Positions 29,236-39,140 of a stretch of DNA of 64,000 nucleotides are shown here, one piece after another. The stretch lies in the NCBI GenBank assembly GCA_963708135.1, contig OY970192.1, positions 2,976,001 through 3,040,000 on the forward strand, in the 5' to 3' direction. The stretch comes from an uncultured Gemmatimonadales bacterium. GTDB taxonomy: Bacteria > Gemmatimonadota > Gemmatimonadetes > Longimicrobiales > RSA9. Each line of letters begins with the position of its first letter. Position 1 is the stretch's first letter. Both the position numbers and the translations under genes were made by a program. The notes under the pieces were generated by a model. The model did no database searches, was not told the DNA's origin, and saw only the letters and a list, made by a program, of their open reading frames with translations.

Positions 29236-30273
29236 ATGGCTGCCACGAAGAGCCCCACGAGCTTCTCACACTCCGACGCTCCGGAGCCGCACAAGGCGCG
29301 CACCCAGGCGATCCTTCGCGAGCACCCGGAAGTGCGGCAGCAGATCGGAAAGAACCCGTACTCGTTCGGGCTGATCGTGCTGCTGGTGGCGCTTCAGCTC
29401 GTGCTGGCGTACTGGCTCGCGGCGGAGCCGTGGTGGGCGCTGCTGCTCGTGGCCTACACGATTGGCGCGGTGGCTGATCACGGGCTCTTCGTGCTCGTCC
29501 ACGAGTGCGCGCACAACCTGCTCTTCCGGAAGCCGGTGCTGAACACGCTGGCGGGTATGCTGGCCAACGTGCCGAGCGTGATCCCGTCATCGGTCTCCTT
29601 CAAGCGCTACCACCTGAAGCACCACTCCTATCAGGGCGTCTACGAACTGGACGCGGACATCCCGAGTGAGTGGGAGGCGCGGCTGGTCGGGAACTCGGCG
29701 ATCCGGAAGGCCGCCTGGCTGCTGCTCTTCCCCCTCTTCCAGATGCTCCGGCCCTTCCGCATCACGAGCATGCGGCTCATCGACCGATGGGTGGCCGTGA
29801 ACATGGCGATCATCTTCGCCGTGGACATCGTCATCATCGCGCTGCTCGGACCGACCGCGTTCCTGTACCTGCTCGCGTCCGTCTTCTTCTCGGTCGGCCT
29901 GCATCCGGTGGGCGCCCGCTGGATCCAGCGGCACTGGCTGGTGGAGGACGAGCAGGAGACCTACAGCTACTACGGCAGGATGAACCTGCTGGCGTTCAAC
30001 GTCGGCTTCCACAACGAGCACCACGACTTCCCCTCGATCCCGTGGAACCGGCTGCCGCAGCTCGAGAGGACCGCGCCCGAGTACTACAAGCAGCTGACTT
30101 CCCACACCTCGTGGACGAGGCTGCTGCTCAAGTTCGTCTTCGACCCGAGCCTCTCGCTCTACTCCCGGATGGTGCGCGACAGCCGCGACGGCAGCCCCGA
30201 GCCCGCTCGCGAGCCGGTGGAAGCCGCCGCGCCCGTGGCCGCGACCGCTGCCGCGCAGGCACCCGGAAGCTGA
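29236..30273 (+). CDS. Membrane fatty acid desaturase, sphingolipid delta-4 desaturase (DES1/DEGS)-like
   Basis: His boxes HECAH, HLKHH and HNEHH; N-terminal EPHKARTQAILREHPEV; GLHPVGARWI and ETYSYYG. Confidence 0.85.
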   Translation: MAATKSPTSFSHSDAPEPHKARTQAILREHPEVRQQIGKNPYSFGLIVLLVALQLVLAYWLAAEPWWALLLVAYTIGAVADHGLFVLVHECAHNLLFRKPVLNTLAGMLANVPSVIPSSVSFKRYHLKHHSYQGVYELDADIPSEWEARLVGNSAIRKAAWLLLFPLFQMLRPFRITSMRLIDRWVAVNMAIIFAVDIVIIALLGPTAFLYLLASVFFSVGLHPVGARWIQRHWLVEDEQETYSYYGRMNLLAFNVGFHNEHHDFPSIPWNRLPQLERTAPEYYKQLTSHTSWTRLLLKFVFDPSLSLYSRMVRDSRDGSPEPAREPVEAAAPVAATAAAQAPGS

Positions 30274-30291
30274 GGGCGCCCGGCACGGCGC

Positions 30292-32091
30292 TCACATCCG
30301 CCCCGCCGCCTCGGCCAGCTGGAACCCGCGCCGGCTGAGGCGCTCGACCTGTTCGAGGAGCCGCGCCAGGATGCGCCGCGCCGGCTCGGTGCCGGGGCCG
30401 TGGAGCACGCCCTCGAGCTCCTCGCGCAAGTGGCCGAACTCGCGCTCGAGCGCCTCCTCGCGCCACCCCTGGCGGCAACGCTGCGCTCCGTGCAGCTCCG
30501 CCGTCAGGCGCTGGACCTTGCTGGCGTCGCGCAGCCCCGGCGAGGAGGTGCCGCCGGATTCGCCGACCAGGATGAGTGCCTGGGCGAGCCCGGTCACGAG
30601 CCCGGCCGCGTGGCCGACGACCTCGGCTTCCGGCGCCCCGGCGATGGCCGGCATGCCGTCATCGGCGCGCAGGCGTCGGCCGAGCCCGTAGATGATGGGG
30701 TCGAGGGAGCGGAGCAGGCGACGCGCGGCGGTGGCGAGGCCCTGGAGCTCGACGTCGGGATCGGCTCCGAGTCCGTGCTCTGGATCGATCAGGGCGTCGG
30801 GGGAGGCCGGCAGCCAGAGCGTGAAGCAGGAGCCCTGGCCGGGCGTGCTCCGCACGGTCAGGTCGCCGCCCATGAGGCGGGCGAGCTGACGGCTGATGGT
30901 CAAGCCGAGACCCGTTCCGCCCTCGCGGCGGGTAAGGCCCGAGGTGCCCTGGTAGAAGGGCGCGAAGATGCCGTGTATCTCCTCCGGCGCGATGCCATCG
31001 CCATCGTCCTCCACCTCGATGAAGACCCAGCGTCCGTCGCGCGGCAGGCGCGTCCGGTTCCCCGGGCGCGCCGCGGCGCCACAGCGGACGGTGACCCGGC
31101 CCCCGGCGGGCGTGAACTTCGCCGCGTTGGAGAGCAGGTTCACGAGGATCTGGCGGACGCGATCCTCGTCGCCCACGTAGCAGAGATCGGGGTCCCCGCC
31201 GTGGTTCTCGACCAGGATCCCGCGCTCCGCCGCCTGCGGGCTGATCAGCGCCAGCGCGTCCAGCACGACGTCCGGGACGATGGCCCGCTGGTGCTCCACG
31301 CTCATCTGGCCCGACTCGACCTTGGCCAGGTCGAGCACCTCGTTCACGAGCCCGAGCAGGTGCCGGCTGCTCAGCTGGATGCGCTCGACCTGCGCCCGCT
31401 GCTCCGCCGTCAGCGGCCCCGCCAGCTCCATCTCGAGGAGCTCGGCGTAGCCCGTGATGGCGTTGATCGGGGTGCGGATCTCGTGGCTCATGGTGGCCAG
31501 GAACAGCGACTTGGCCTGGTTGGCGGCTTCCGCCTCGGCGCGCGCGAGCTGGGCCTGCCGGAACAGGCGCGCGTTGTCCACCGCGATGGCGCTGCGCGTG
31601 GCCAGGTCCTCCGCCAGCGCAAGGTCCGACTCACCGTAGTGGTAGCCGCTCTCCGGCATGACGAACGTCACCGCCCCGAGCACCACGCCGCGCGCGACGA
31701 GCGGCACGACCATGAGCGAGCCGATGCCGAGCGCCCGCAGGTGCGCCAGGTTCTCCTCGCTGTGCGCGGCGTTCACGAGCATCCCGTCCGTGACACGCGG
31801 GATCACGCGCGAGCAGCGCGTACGCACCACCGCCGGCACGCCCATCGGATCCTCGCGCTCCGGCGGCCAGCCGTCCTCCAGGCTGCGCGCCAGCATCTGC
31901 TTCTCCGGATCGGGGTGCACCACCGCCAGGCGGCGCATGCGGCCGTCATCCTCGATGATGTCCACGAAGCACCACGCACCCAGGTGGGGCAGCGCGAGCT
32001 CGGCCACCGTGGCGAGCGTCGTCTCGTAATCGAGGGAGCTGGCGAGGAGTCGACTGGCCTCCGCCAGGAAAGCCGCGTCCGACGGCCCCAT
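30292..32091 (-). CDS. GAF sensor histidine kinase with extra C-terminal helical domain
   Basis: [14 protein letters not shown] entry, SHEIRTP H-box, [22 protein letters not shown]. Start could extend to about 32298. Confidence 0.85.
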   Translation of the reverse strand: MGPSDAAFLAEASRLLASSLDYETTLATVAELALPHLGAWCFVDIIEDDGRMRRLAVVHPDPEKQMLARSLEDGWPPEREDPMGVPAVVRTRCSRVIPRVTDGMLVNAAHSEENLAHLRALGIGSLMVVPLVARGVVLGAVTFVMPESGYHYGESDLALAEDLATRSAIAVDNARLFRQAQLARAEAEAANQAKSLFLATMSHEIRTPINAITGYAELLEMELAGPLTAEQRAQVERIQLSSRHLLGLVNEVLDLAKVESGQMSVEHQRAIVPDVVLDALALISPQAAERGILVENHGGDPDLCYVGDEDRVRQILVNLLSNAAKFTPAGGRVTVRCGAAARPGNRTRLPRDGRWVFIEVEDDGDGIAPEEIHGIFAPFYQGTSGLTRREGGTGLGLTISRQLARLMGGDLTVRSTPGQGSCFTLWLPASPDALIDPEHGLGADPDVELQGLATAARRLLRSLDPIIYGLGRRLRADDGMPAIAGAPEAEVVGHAAGLVTGLAQALILVGESGGTSSPGLRDASKVQRLTAELHGAQRCRQGWREEALEREFGHLREELEGVLHGPGTEPARRILARLLEQVERLSRRGFQLAEAAGRM

Positions 32092-32294
32092 TGAACCGGC
32101 GGCGCGGAAGCGTAGCGGCCGTTCGGTGCCACCCGGCCCCGGTCTCGGCGGTTTGTCTTCGTCCCCGGCCTCGCCGTCTCGGCCGGAGACGACGGTTTCG
32201 ACCTCGGTTTCCGTCGTCCTGTCCAACGCGTCGTCCTCCGCAAATCCGTTCTGCCCGCTCGATTTTGCAAGCTTCGTGCACAAAAATGCCGGGG

Positions 32295-33776
32295 TCACGC
32301 GCCACCCTTCGCCTCCGTCAGCGCACGGTCCGCGAAGGCGTCCACGAGCCGCGGAGCCAGCGCGGCGAACGGGACGGCGGCGGCCGCCGCGTCGCCTTCC
32401 GCGAGCAGCCGCGCCAGCGACGTTGCGAGCTCCGGCCGCGCCTCGCCGGCCAGACGCGTGGCGAACGCCCCCGCGTCCACGCCGTAGCGCCCGAGGTCCC
32501 GCAGCGCCTGCGTGAGCAGCACGTTGTGCGGCCCCTCCCACGTCTCCATGATCACCGCGTCGCGCCAGAGCCGCGGCAGCGGCGAGAAGCGCTCCTCGAT
32601 GCCGTTGCCGCCGAGCAGCATCATCGCGTCGTGGACGAGCATCGTGGCGCGGCGGGTGAGCACCGGCTTGCACAGCGAGAGCAGCACGCGGAAGTCCGCG
32701 TCTTCCACCCGCCACAACCGGAGCAGATCGAAGAGCGCCGCGGCCGCCCGGTCCGCCTCCCGGCGCAGCGTGTCGAGCGTCTCGGCCACGAGCGGGAAAT
32801 CCGCGATGGGGCGCCCGAAGGCGACGCGGCGGCCCGCATACGTCCGCGCGATCCGCTCGGCGCGGCGCAGCGTGGCCGCCGCCACGCTGACGCAGCCGAA
32901 GCGCGAGGGCGTGAGCACGTAGCGGAGCAGGTTGGCGAGCCCGCGGTCGAGCGGCCCGACGGGCGTGGCGCGGGCGCCCTCGAAGGTGACCTCGGCGGTG
33001 GCCAGCTCGCGCGTGCCGAGCTTGTCCTTCAGCCGCTCGATGCGGCAGCCGTTGCGCACAGCCTCGCCGTCGAGGAAGGCGGGGACCAGGAAGAGGCCGA
33101 TGCCGCGGCCGCCGGGAGGCGAGTCCGGCGGGCGCGCCGTCACCAGGAAGTAGTCCGCGTTGATGTTGGAGCAGAACCACTTCGTGCCGAACAGCCGGTA
33201 CGCCTCGGCGTCCGGCTCGGCGCGCGTCTCGTTGGCGGGGACATCCGAGCCGCCCTGCGGCTCCGTCACGAACTGCGCGGCATGCCACACCCGCTCGGGC
33301 GTGGAGCCGCGCACGCGGGACACGGCCTCGCGGTGGTCGGGCCGGTCGCCGAGCGCCTCGAGCGCGCGCACGAACCCGTCCGTACAGGCCATCGAGCAGC
33401 CCACGCCCGCCTCCCCGTTCTGCTGGTACAGATAGCAGGCGGCGTAGAAGTCGAACGGATCGCCGTGCACCGCGCCGAGGTGGGCGCGCCCCTCGACCTC
33501 CGCCAGGGCGCGCCGGGTGGAGGCGGGCAGCACGACCGCGTCGACGCGGCGGCCGTACGCATCGAAAGGCTCGAGCCGCGGCGCGTTCTCCGGGCGCGCC
33601 GACTCCTCGGCCAGCCCGGCCAGCCCGCCGGCACAGGCGCGGCCCCAGGCGCCGTGGGCCGCGTCCGCCGCGGGATCGGGGCCGCGGTGGCGGGCGAGGA
33701 TGCGGCCGAGCAGGGGGTCGTCCGCGTACCAGTCGCGTGGGAGCGCCTCGAGGAATGGCTCGTAGCTGTAGGGCAT
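32295..33776 (-). CDS. Acyl-CoA dehydrogenase family protein (AidB-like)
   Basis: TEPQGGSDV, GTKWFCS, RLKDKLG, LGGNG, WEGPHNV. Confidence 0.88.
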   Translation of the reverse strand: MPYSYEPFLEALPRDWYADDPLLGRILARHRGPDPAADAAHGAWGRACAGGLAGLAEESARPENAPRLEPFDAYGRRVDAVVLPASTRRALAEVEGRAHLGAVHGDPFDFYAACYLYQQNGEAGVGCSMACTDGFVRALEALGDRPDHREAVSRVRGSTPERVWHAAQFVTEPQGGSDVPANETRAEPDAEAYRLFGTKWFCSNINADYFLVTARPPDSPPGGRGIGLFLVPAFLDGEAVRNGCRIERLKDKLGTRELATAEVTFEGARATPVGPLDRGLANLLRYVLTPSRFGCVSVAAATLRRAERIARTYAGRRVAFGRPIADFPLVAETLDTLRREADRAAAALFDLLRLWRVEDADFRVLLSLCKPVLTRRATMLVHDAMMLLGGNGIEERFSPLPRLWRDAVIMETWEGPHNVLLTQALRDLGRYGVDAGAFATRLAGEARPELATSLARLLAEGDAAAAAVPFAALAPRLVDAFADRALTEAKGGA

Positions 33777-33834
33777 GGGACCTCCACGGAAAGAAACGCG
33801 GGCCGTGCGGGCGAGGCCGGCTCGCTCCCGCCGT

Positions 33835-35502
33835 TCAGTTCCCGCGCGCCTCTTCCGGCACGAACCTCAGGTCCTGGTAGTCGTAGCTGAAGTCGGCCAG
33901 CGGGGAGACGGCCTTCATGGTGACGTCGCGGATCGAGCCGTCGGGGCGGAGCGCGAAGGTCACGAAGGCGTCCGGGATGCTGGGGCGGCGCCAGCGCGCC
34001 ACGAAGGTGTCGTACTGCCAGTGCTCGAGGTCGGCGACGAAGGCGGGGGAGTGGCTGAAGCGGAGGACGAGCCGGCCGTCCTCCAGGCGGATCGTCGCCT
34101 GGCCGTACATCGCGTCCTCGTAGCGCCCGGCGTAGCGGGCGAGGGGCAGCGACGGGCCGGCCGTCGAGTCGCGGGCGGCGGCCTGGCGGCGCTCGACGGC
34201 CGCGGCGCGGGCGATGGAGGAGTCGCGCGCGGCGGCGAAGGCGGCGATCCAGTCGGTCTTCGGCGCCCGCAGGTACCGGTCGAGCACCCAGAACGCCACC
34301 GCGGTCGAGGCGCTTGACTCCGAGCTCGTGAGCACGACGACGCCGAGCTTCTCCGAGGGGACGAGGACGGTGCGGGAGATCATGCCGGCGAGGCCGCCGG
34401 AGTGGAGCGCGATCTTCCTGCCGCGGTAGTCGCGGACGTTCCAGCCGAGGGCATATTCCTGGAACTGCGGCTGGTACGGCTCCAGTTGCGGGATGGTGGT
34501 GCCGATCGGCTCGGGGGTGCGGCCCGTCCACATCTCGCGCGTCCGCTCGGCGCTCCAGAGGCGGCGGCTCGTGCCCGCGATGCGGCCGGAATCGAGCTGA
34601 ACGAGGAGCCAGCGTGAGAGGTCCGCCACGCTGGCGTTGATGGCGCCGGCGGGCGCGATGTTGTCCACGGTGTCGCGCGCGACCACGACGAGCTTGCCGT
34701 CGCGGAGGGTGTAGGGTGTGGCGACGTCCATGCCGGGCCGGAAGGCCGTGACGCTCGTGTTGGCGTCCGTCATGGCGAGCGGCTCGAAGATCCGCGCCTT
34801 CACGAACGCGTCCCAGATGGTGTCGGTCACGGCGGGGATGATCTGGCCGGCCGCCACGTAGAGGACGTTGTCGTAGGCGTACGCGCTGCGGAAGCTGGTC
34901 TCGGGAGGGATCGCGCGCATGCGGCGGATGATCTCCTCGCGGCCGTAGGTCGAGTTGAGCCAGAGCAGGTCCCCCGCGCCCAGGCCGAGGCCGCTCCTGT
35001 GCGTGAGCAGGTCCTCGACCGTGAACTCGCGCGTGACCCACGGGTCCGAGAGCTGGAACCACGGCAGGAAATCGGTGACGTGGTCGGTCCAGTGGAGCTT
35101 CCGCTCGTCCACCAGCATGGAGAGCGCAGCGGTGGTGAACGCCTTGGTGTTGGAGGCGATCTGGAAGAGGGTGTGCGCGTCCACGGGCGCGGCCTCGCCC
35201 AGCGTGCGCACGCCGTAGCCCTTCGTCAGCACGACGCGGTCATCCTTCACGATGGCGAGGGCGAGGCCCGGCACCTGGAACGTCTTCATGGCGCGGGCGA
35301 CCTCGGCATCGAGGCCCGCGGGCGGCGTTGCGGCGCGCTGTGCCTCGAGCGGCGCGACGCCGAGCGCGGCGAGCGCGGCGACCAGTCCCGCGGCCGGAAG
35401 GGCGCGCCGGGCTCGCGCGCCGGTGCGAGCGGAGCGGCGACGGCCGGAGAGGCCAGGGCCGGACGGACGGACGGCGGACCAGCTTCGGAACGCGGAGCTC
35501 AC
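33835..35502 (-). CDS. Serine hydrolase (beta-lactamase family) with DUF3471-like C-terminus
   Basis: IASNTK, LLTHRSGL, YDN and HSGG motifs; C-terminal YAGRY..YG..LEHWQYDTF; signal peptide. Confidence 0.85.
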   Translation of the reverse strand: MSSAFRSWSAVRPSGPGLSGRRRSARTGARARRALPAAGLVAALAALGVAPLEAQRAATPPAGLDAEVARAMKTFQVPGLALAIVKDDRVVLTKGYGVRTLGEAAPVDAHTLFQIASNTKAFTTAALSMLVDERKLHWTDHVTDFLPWFQLSDPWVTREFTVEDLLTHRSGLGLGAGDLLWLNSTYGREEIIRRMRAIPPETSFRSAYAYDNVLYVAAGQIIPAVTDTIWDAFVKARIFEPLAMTDANTSVTAFRPGMDVATPYTLRDGKLVVVARDTVDNIAPAGAINASVADLSRWLLVQLDSGRIAGTSRRLWSAERTREMWTGRTPEPIGTTIPQLEPYQPQFQEYALGWNVRDYRGRKIALHSGGLAGMISRTVLVPSEKLGVVVLTSSESSASTAVAFWVLDRYLRAPKTDWIAAFAAARDSSIARAAAVERRQAAARDSTAGPSLPLARYAGRYEDAMYGQATIRLEDGRLVLRFSHSPAFVADLEHWQYDTFVARWRRPSIPDAFVTFALRPDGSIRDVTMKAVSPLADFSYDYQDLRFVPEEARGN

Positions 35503-35623
35503 GGAGCGCACCTCCTGCGGGGCGGATCTCGGGTGTCGCGCTAAAGGGCGGTGCCGGCCGGTGCGCACGCAAGGGGCGGTGGTGGCGGGGTCGCTTCGCC
35601 GAGGGCCCCTCGGCCGCCGGCCT

Positions 35624-36883
35624 TCAGCCCGCCTCGATCAGCTCGCGCAGCAGGTGCCAGGCGGTGGCCTGCGCCTCCTGGATGCGCGGGATGTGCTGCG
35701 AGGGCGAGAGGATCACGTGGTCCGCGAGGCCGTCGGCGAGGATACGGCCGCCCTCGTACCCGACGAAGGCAACGCTGGCGAGCCCGCGCCGGCGCGCCTC
35801 CTCGAGGGCGGCGATGACGTTGCGCGAGTCGCCGCTCGTGGAGAAGGCGAGGAGCGCGTCCCCCGGGCGGCCCCAGGCGATCACCTGGCGGGCGAACAGA
35901 GCGTCGGGGCCGATGTCGTTGGCGAGCGCGGTGAGGATGGCCGCGTCCTCGGTGAGGTCGAGCGCGGCACGCGCGGGCCAGCCGTGCGGCGGATCGCGCA
36001 GGTCGGCCACGGCGTCCATGGCGTCCGTGGCCGAGCCGCCGTTGCCGATGGCGAGCAGCGTGCCGCCTCCGTCCAGCGCGCGGCGGAGGGTGGCGGCCGC
36101 GTCCACGAGGCCGGCCGCGGACCGGTGCACGGTACGTGCGCGCAGCGCGGCGACCTCATCGGACTTCATGACCACGGAGCGGCGCACGTCATCGAGGACG
36201 GCGTCGAGGTCGTGCTCCTGCTGGGCGAGGAACGGGTAGAGGAAGCTGGCGCCGCCGGCGTCGTGAGACGTGCGCGCGCCGCCTCCCTCGAGCAGGCCGG
36301 GGTGCTCGAAGAACAGGTGCACCAGCTCCCACAGCACGTGGTAGAGCGTCTCGACGATCTCCTGGCGGACGAACGGATCGGCGGCCGGTGGATCGAAGCT
36401 CCACTCCGCCGCGCCGCCCGCGGCGAAGTCGACGGTGAGGCAGCCGCGCGCACGCAGCGCAGCCACGCTCGCGTTCAGCGCGGCTCGCGCCTCGGCCGGC
36501 CCCGCATCGGTCCCGAAGGCGAGCACGATGTCACCGGAGGCGACGAGGGCGTCCGCCTGCGCCGCGATGTCGCCGCCCTCCGGCGCGAGCCCGAGCGCAG
36601 GGAGCGCGCGCTTCCCGACGATGACGGGGTGCACGAACTCGACGGCGACGTGGCGCGCGTCGGAGCGGGCCGCGGGCGTCGCGGCGAGCGCGACCAGCCG
36701 GCCGCCGCGGGCGAAGCGCTCGGCCATGGCGTGGCAGAGCCGGGCCAGCCGCCCGGCCTCCGCGCCGAAGAAGCGGCGCCCCGCGACGGCGCGTTCCTGG
36801 ACGCGCCGGTCGAGCAGCGTCCCGGCTGACTGGAGCTCCGCGGGCGACGCGAGCGCGGTCGGCGGTGCGGCGCCGGCTCTCAC
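35624..36883 (-). CDS. Tandem SIS-domain (GmhA/phosphoheptose isomerase-like) protein of the hydrogenase cluster
   Basis: SDARHVAVEFVHP (first SIS, degenerate); GNGGSATDA, TALANDIG, STSGDS and PRIQE (second SIS). Confidence 0.8.
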   Translation of the reverse strand: MRAGAAPPTALASPAELQSAGTLLDRRVQERAVAGRRFFGAEAGRLARLCHAMAERFARGGRLVALAATPAARSDARHVAVEFVHPVIVGKRALPALGLAPEGGDIAAQADALVASGDIVLAFGTDAGPAEARAALNASVAALRARGCLTVDFAAGGAAEWSFDPPAADPFVRQEIVETLYHVLWELVHLFFEHPGLLEGGGARTSHDAGGASFLYPFLAQQEHDLDAVLDDVRRSVVMKSDEVAALRARTVHRSAAGLVDAAATLRRALDGGGTLLAIGNGGSATDAMDAVADLRDPPHGWPARAALDLTEDAAILTALANDIGPDALFARQVIAWGRPGDALLAFSTSGDSRNVIAALEEARRRGLASVAFVGYEGGRILADGLADHVILSPSQHIPRIQEAQATAWHLLRELIEAG

Positions 36884-36993
36884 GTCGTCGCCATGGCCGC
36901 GTTCTTCACGAGCGTGTCGCGGATCGGGATCAGCGATTCCTCCATCGCGTGGGCGTCCCGCAGCCACGCGAGCAGCAGCTCGTTGCGGTCCAT
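36880..36993 (-). pseudogene. Remnant of a ferritin-like DUF892 (YciE/F) gene
   Basis: Strong RBS plus MDRNELLLAWLRDAHAMEESLIPI, then DTLVKNA and a stop at 37 aa. Confidence 0.55.
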
Positions 36994-37015
36994 CTCGCCT
37001 CCTCCTCGGTGCAGC

Positions 37016-37168
37016 CTACATCCGCTCCATGTTCCAGTACCGGCGCATCGCCGGCAGCTCCTTGCGCACGCCGCTCGCCAGCAGCACGCCCACGCCGACG
37101 AGCAGCAGCCAGCCGATCCAGCTCCGTCCTCCGTTGCCTTCGTGCTCGGTCTCGTCCTGCCGTCCCAT
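37016..37168 (-). CDS. Small single-TM protein (50 aa, DUF6893-like)
   Basis: Read manually: MGRQ...WIGWLLLVGVGVLLASGVRKELPAMRRYWNMERM; placed directly after the protease gene. Confidence 0.65.
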   Translation of the reverse strand: MGRQDETEHEGNGGRSWIGWLLLVGVGVLLASGVRKELPAMRRYWNMERM

Positions 37169-37171
37169 GGG

Positions 37172-37963
37172 TCACCCTTCCTGTTGGAGAAGATCGCCGA
37201 GGAGCGCCTCGACCTGCGCGGCCGCGGCGTCCACCGCGGCGGAAACGGGCGCGCTGAGCTCGGCCAGGACCTCGTCCGCGTCCGGGTCGGGCACCACCGC
37301 CGGCTCACATCCCACCACCAGCAGGCGGCTGGGGAGCGGGCCGAGCGCGCGGGCAAAGGCCAGCACGCGGACCGGATCCATGCCGTGCGTCTCGATGCCG
37401 ATCGGACCATCCGCGTCCACGCCGGCATCGATCACGTAGAGCGTGCCGGGCGTACGGCCGCGCGGCACCGCATCGACGAGGATCACCGCGTCGTAGTCCT
37501 GCAGCGCGTAGGCCAGGTCCATGCCGCGGATCCCGAAGTCGTGGACCACCACCCCGGCCGGCAACGCGCGGTCGTGGAGCCGGCCGGCGACTGCGCTGCC
37601 GAAGCCATCGTCGCCGAGGAAGATGTTGCCGATTCCGGCCACGAGGATCCGCGCCGGCGGCGGGAGCGGCTCGATCTCCTCCACGCGGAAGAAGAAGCGG
37701 TGCCCCGGCTGGCGCGCCATCCCGAGGTCGCGTCCGGGGTCGTCCTCGACGGTGACGGCCACGTGGAGAAGGCCGCCCTCGTCCTCGTCGATCCCCTCGA
37801 CGATCGCCACCCGCCCGGCCAGGGCGAGGTCCATGATGTCGCCGCCGGGACGCGGCCGCAGCCTCACCCGGCTGCCCCGGCGGAGCTCGACGCCCGCCAC
37901 CTGGACGCTCTCGGGGCCGGGCCGCTCCATGTCCTCCCAGAAGCCCTGCGGATCAGCCCGCAT
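37172..37963 (-). CDS. Hydrogenase maturation protease with extra N-terminal domain
   Basis: ILVAGIGNIFLGDDGFG, ILVDA and ETHGMDP; N-terminal ~100 aa containing GSRVRLRP...GHRFFFRVEEIEPL. Confidence 0.85.
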   Translation of the reverse strand: MRADPQGFWEDMERPGPESVQVAGVELRRGSRVRLRPRPGGDIMDLALAGRVAIVEGIDEDEGGLLHVAVTVEDDPGRDLGMARQPGHRFFFRVEEIEPLPPPARILVAGIGNIFLGDDGFGSAVAGRLHDRALPAGVVVHDFGIRGMDLAYALQDYDAVILVDAVPRGRTPGTLYVIDAGVDADGPIGIETHGMDPVRVLAFARALGPLPSRLLVVGCEPAVVPDPDADEVLAELSAPVSAAVDAAAAQVEALLGDLLQQEG

Positions 37964-39140
37964 CGCGAGCCTCCCGCGCCGGCGCACGCGGCGGCGCCCG
38001 CAGCCCGCCGACATCCCGGAACGTGCCGTGAAGCCCCATCATCTGGCGCTGCGTGAGCGCCTCTGTCCGCTCGAGAATCTCGCGCGTGCGCGGGTCCGCG
38101 CTGCGCATCGCCTCCCGCTCCGCGTCCGTGAGGCCGAGAATGTTCAGCACGAGCAGCTCGTCGATCTCGCCGCCGTCGAAGAGGTCGCCGGGGCTCTCGG
38201 GCGCGACGCGCGGATAGTCGGACAGGATGATCGGCGCGGCGAGCATCTCGCTCCGGCTGCCGGGCTCTCCCACCAGCACGGGCCAGCAGCCGCGGCTCTC
38301 GCAGCGCGCCACCGCCTCTCCGAGCGCCGGCGGCGGGTCGGTCATGGACACGAAGCGGGCGCTGCGGGCGCACAGCGCGATGTGCGTCGAGATGAAGCTG
38401 GACCGGAGCGCGGACTCGCGGTTCTCGCCGTCCCAGGGCGTCACGTTCTCGGCGACGACGCGCACCCGCGCCAACCGCGCGCCGGCCGGCTCTGCGTACG
38501 CCCGCAGGCGCCCCTCGAGCCCCCTCCAGGCCCGGACCAGCACACCCGCGGGGCGGCCTCCCGCGCCCGGGATCGGCTCCCGCTCTTCGCCCGGCGGGAT
38601 CCGGATCTCGCGCTCGAGCGAGGCGGCGCGGCCCACGCGCAGGCCACGCAGCGACACGTCGCGCTCGCGCGCCTCCTCCCAGCGCTCGTAGCGCTCGCCG
38701 CCCACCTCCAGCGCATCGACGAACCGGAGCGTGTCCCCGTCGCGCTCGGCCACGCGCCGCTCGACCACCTGGAGGAAGCGCACCGAGAGGTTGACGGCGG
38801 GGGGCCCGGCGCCCGGGTCGTCCGGCAGCTCGACCAGCAGCTCGGCCTGCATGCAGCAGGCGTCGTCCTCGTGGCCGCGCGCCGTCCAGCCGGGCGGGAA
38901 CACGCCGCCGAACGTCCAGCGCCGCTGGTTCTTGAGCGCGCTCGTGCGATACGGCCAGAGCATGTAGCCCTCGTAGAGCACGGCGCGCGCGATTGCGCGA
39001 ACGGCGTCCGTTGCGCCGTGCGCCGGCTCGCCCTGGTGCCGTCGGCCGCGCGGGTGCGCCCCGGCGGCCTGGCGGCCGCGGCGCGGCGGCCGCGCCGCGG
39101 CGTCCTCCGCGGCGCCACCGCTCCCGCGCGCACCGCTCAT
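37953..39140 (-). CDS. Conserved hydrogenase-cluster accessory protein
   Basis: AVLYEGYMLWPY..SALKNQ.RW.FG and PIILSDYP..APESPGDLFDGGEIDE motifs. Confidence 0.78.
   Translation of the reverse strand: MSGARGSGGAAEDAAARPPRRGRQAAGAHPRGRRHQGEPAHGATDAVRAIARAVLYEGYMLWPYRTSALKNQRRWTFGGVFPPGWTARGHEDDACCMQAELLVELPDDPGAGPPAVNLSVRFLQVVERRVAERDGDTLRFVDALEVGGERYERWEEARERDVSLRGLRVGRAASLEREIRIPPGEEREPIPGAGGRPAGVLVRAWRGLEGRLRAYAEPAGARLARVRVVAENVTPWDGENRESALRSSFISTHIALCARSARFVSMTDPPPALGEAVARCESRGCWPVLVGEPGSRSEMLAAPIILSDYPRVAPESPGDLFDGGEIDELLVLNILGLTDAEREAMRSADPRTREILERTEALTQRQMMGLHGTFRDVGGLRAPPRAPAREARDAG

Noticed and set aside
32262..32287. Possible sigma54 promoter (GTGCACGAAGCTTGCA, minus strand) for the GAF kinase
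   Set aside because: The invariant GG at -24 reads TG; it may be an operator but support is insufficient.
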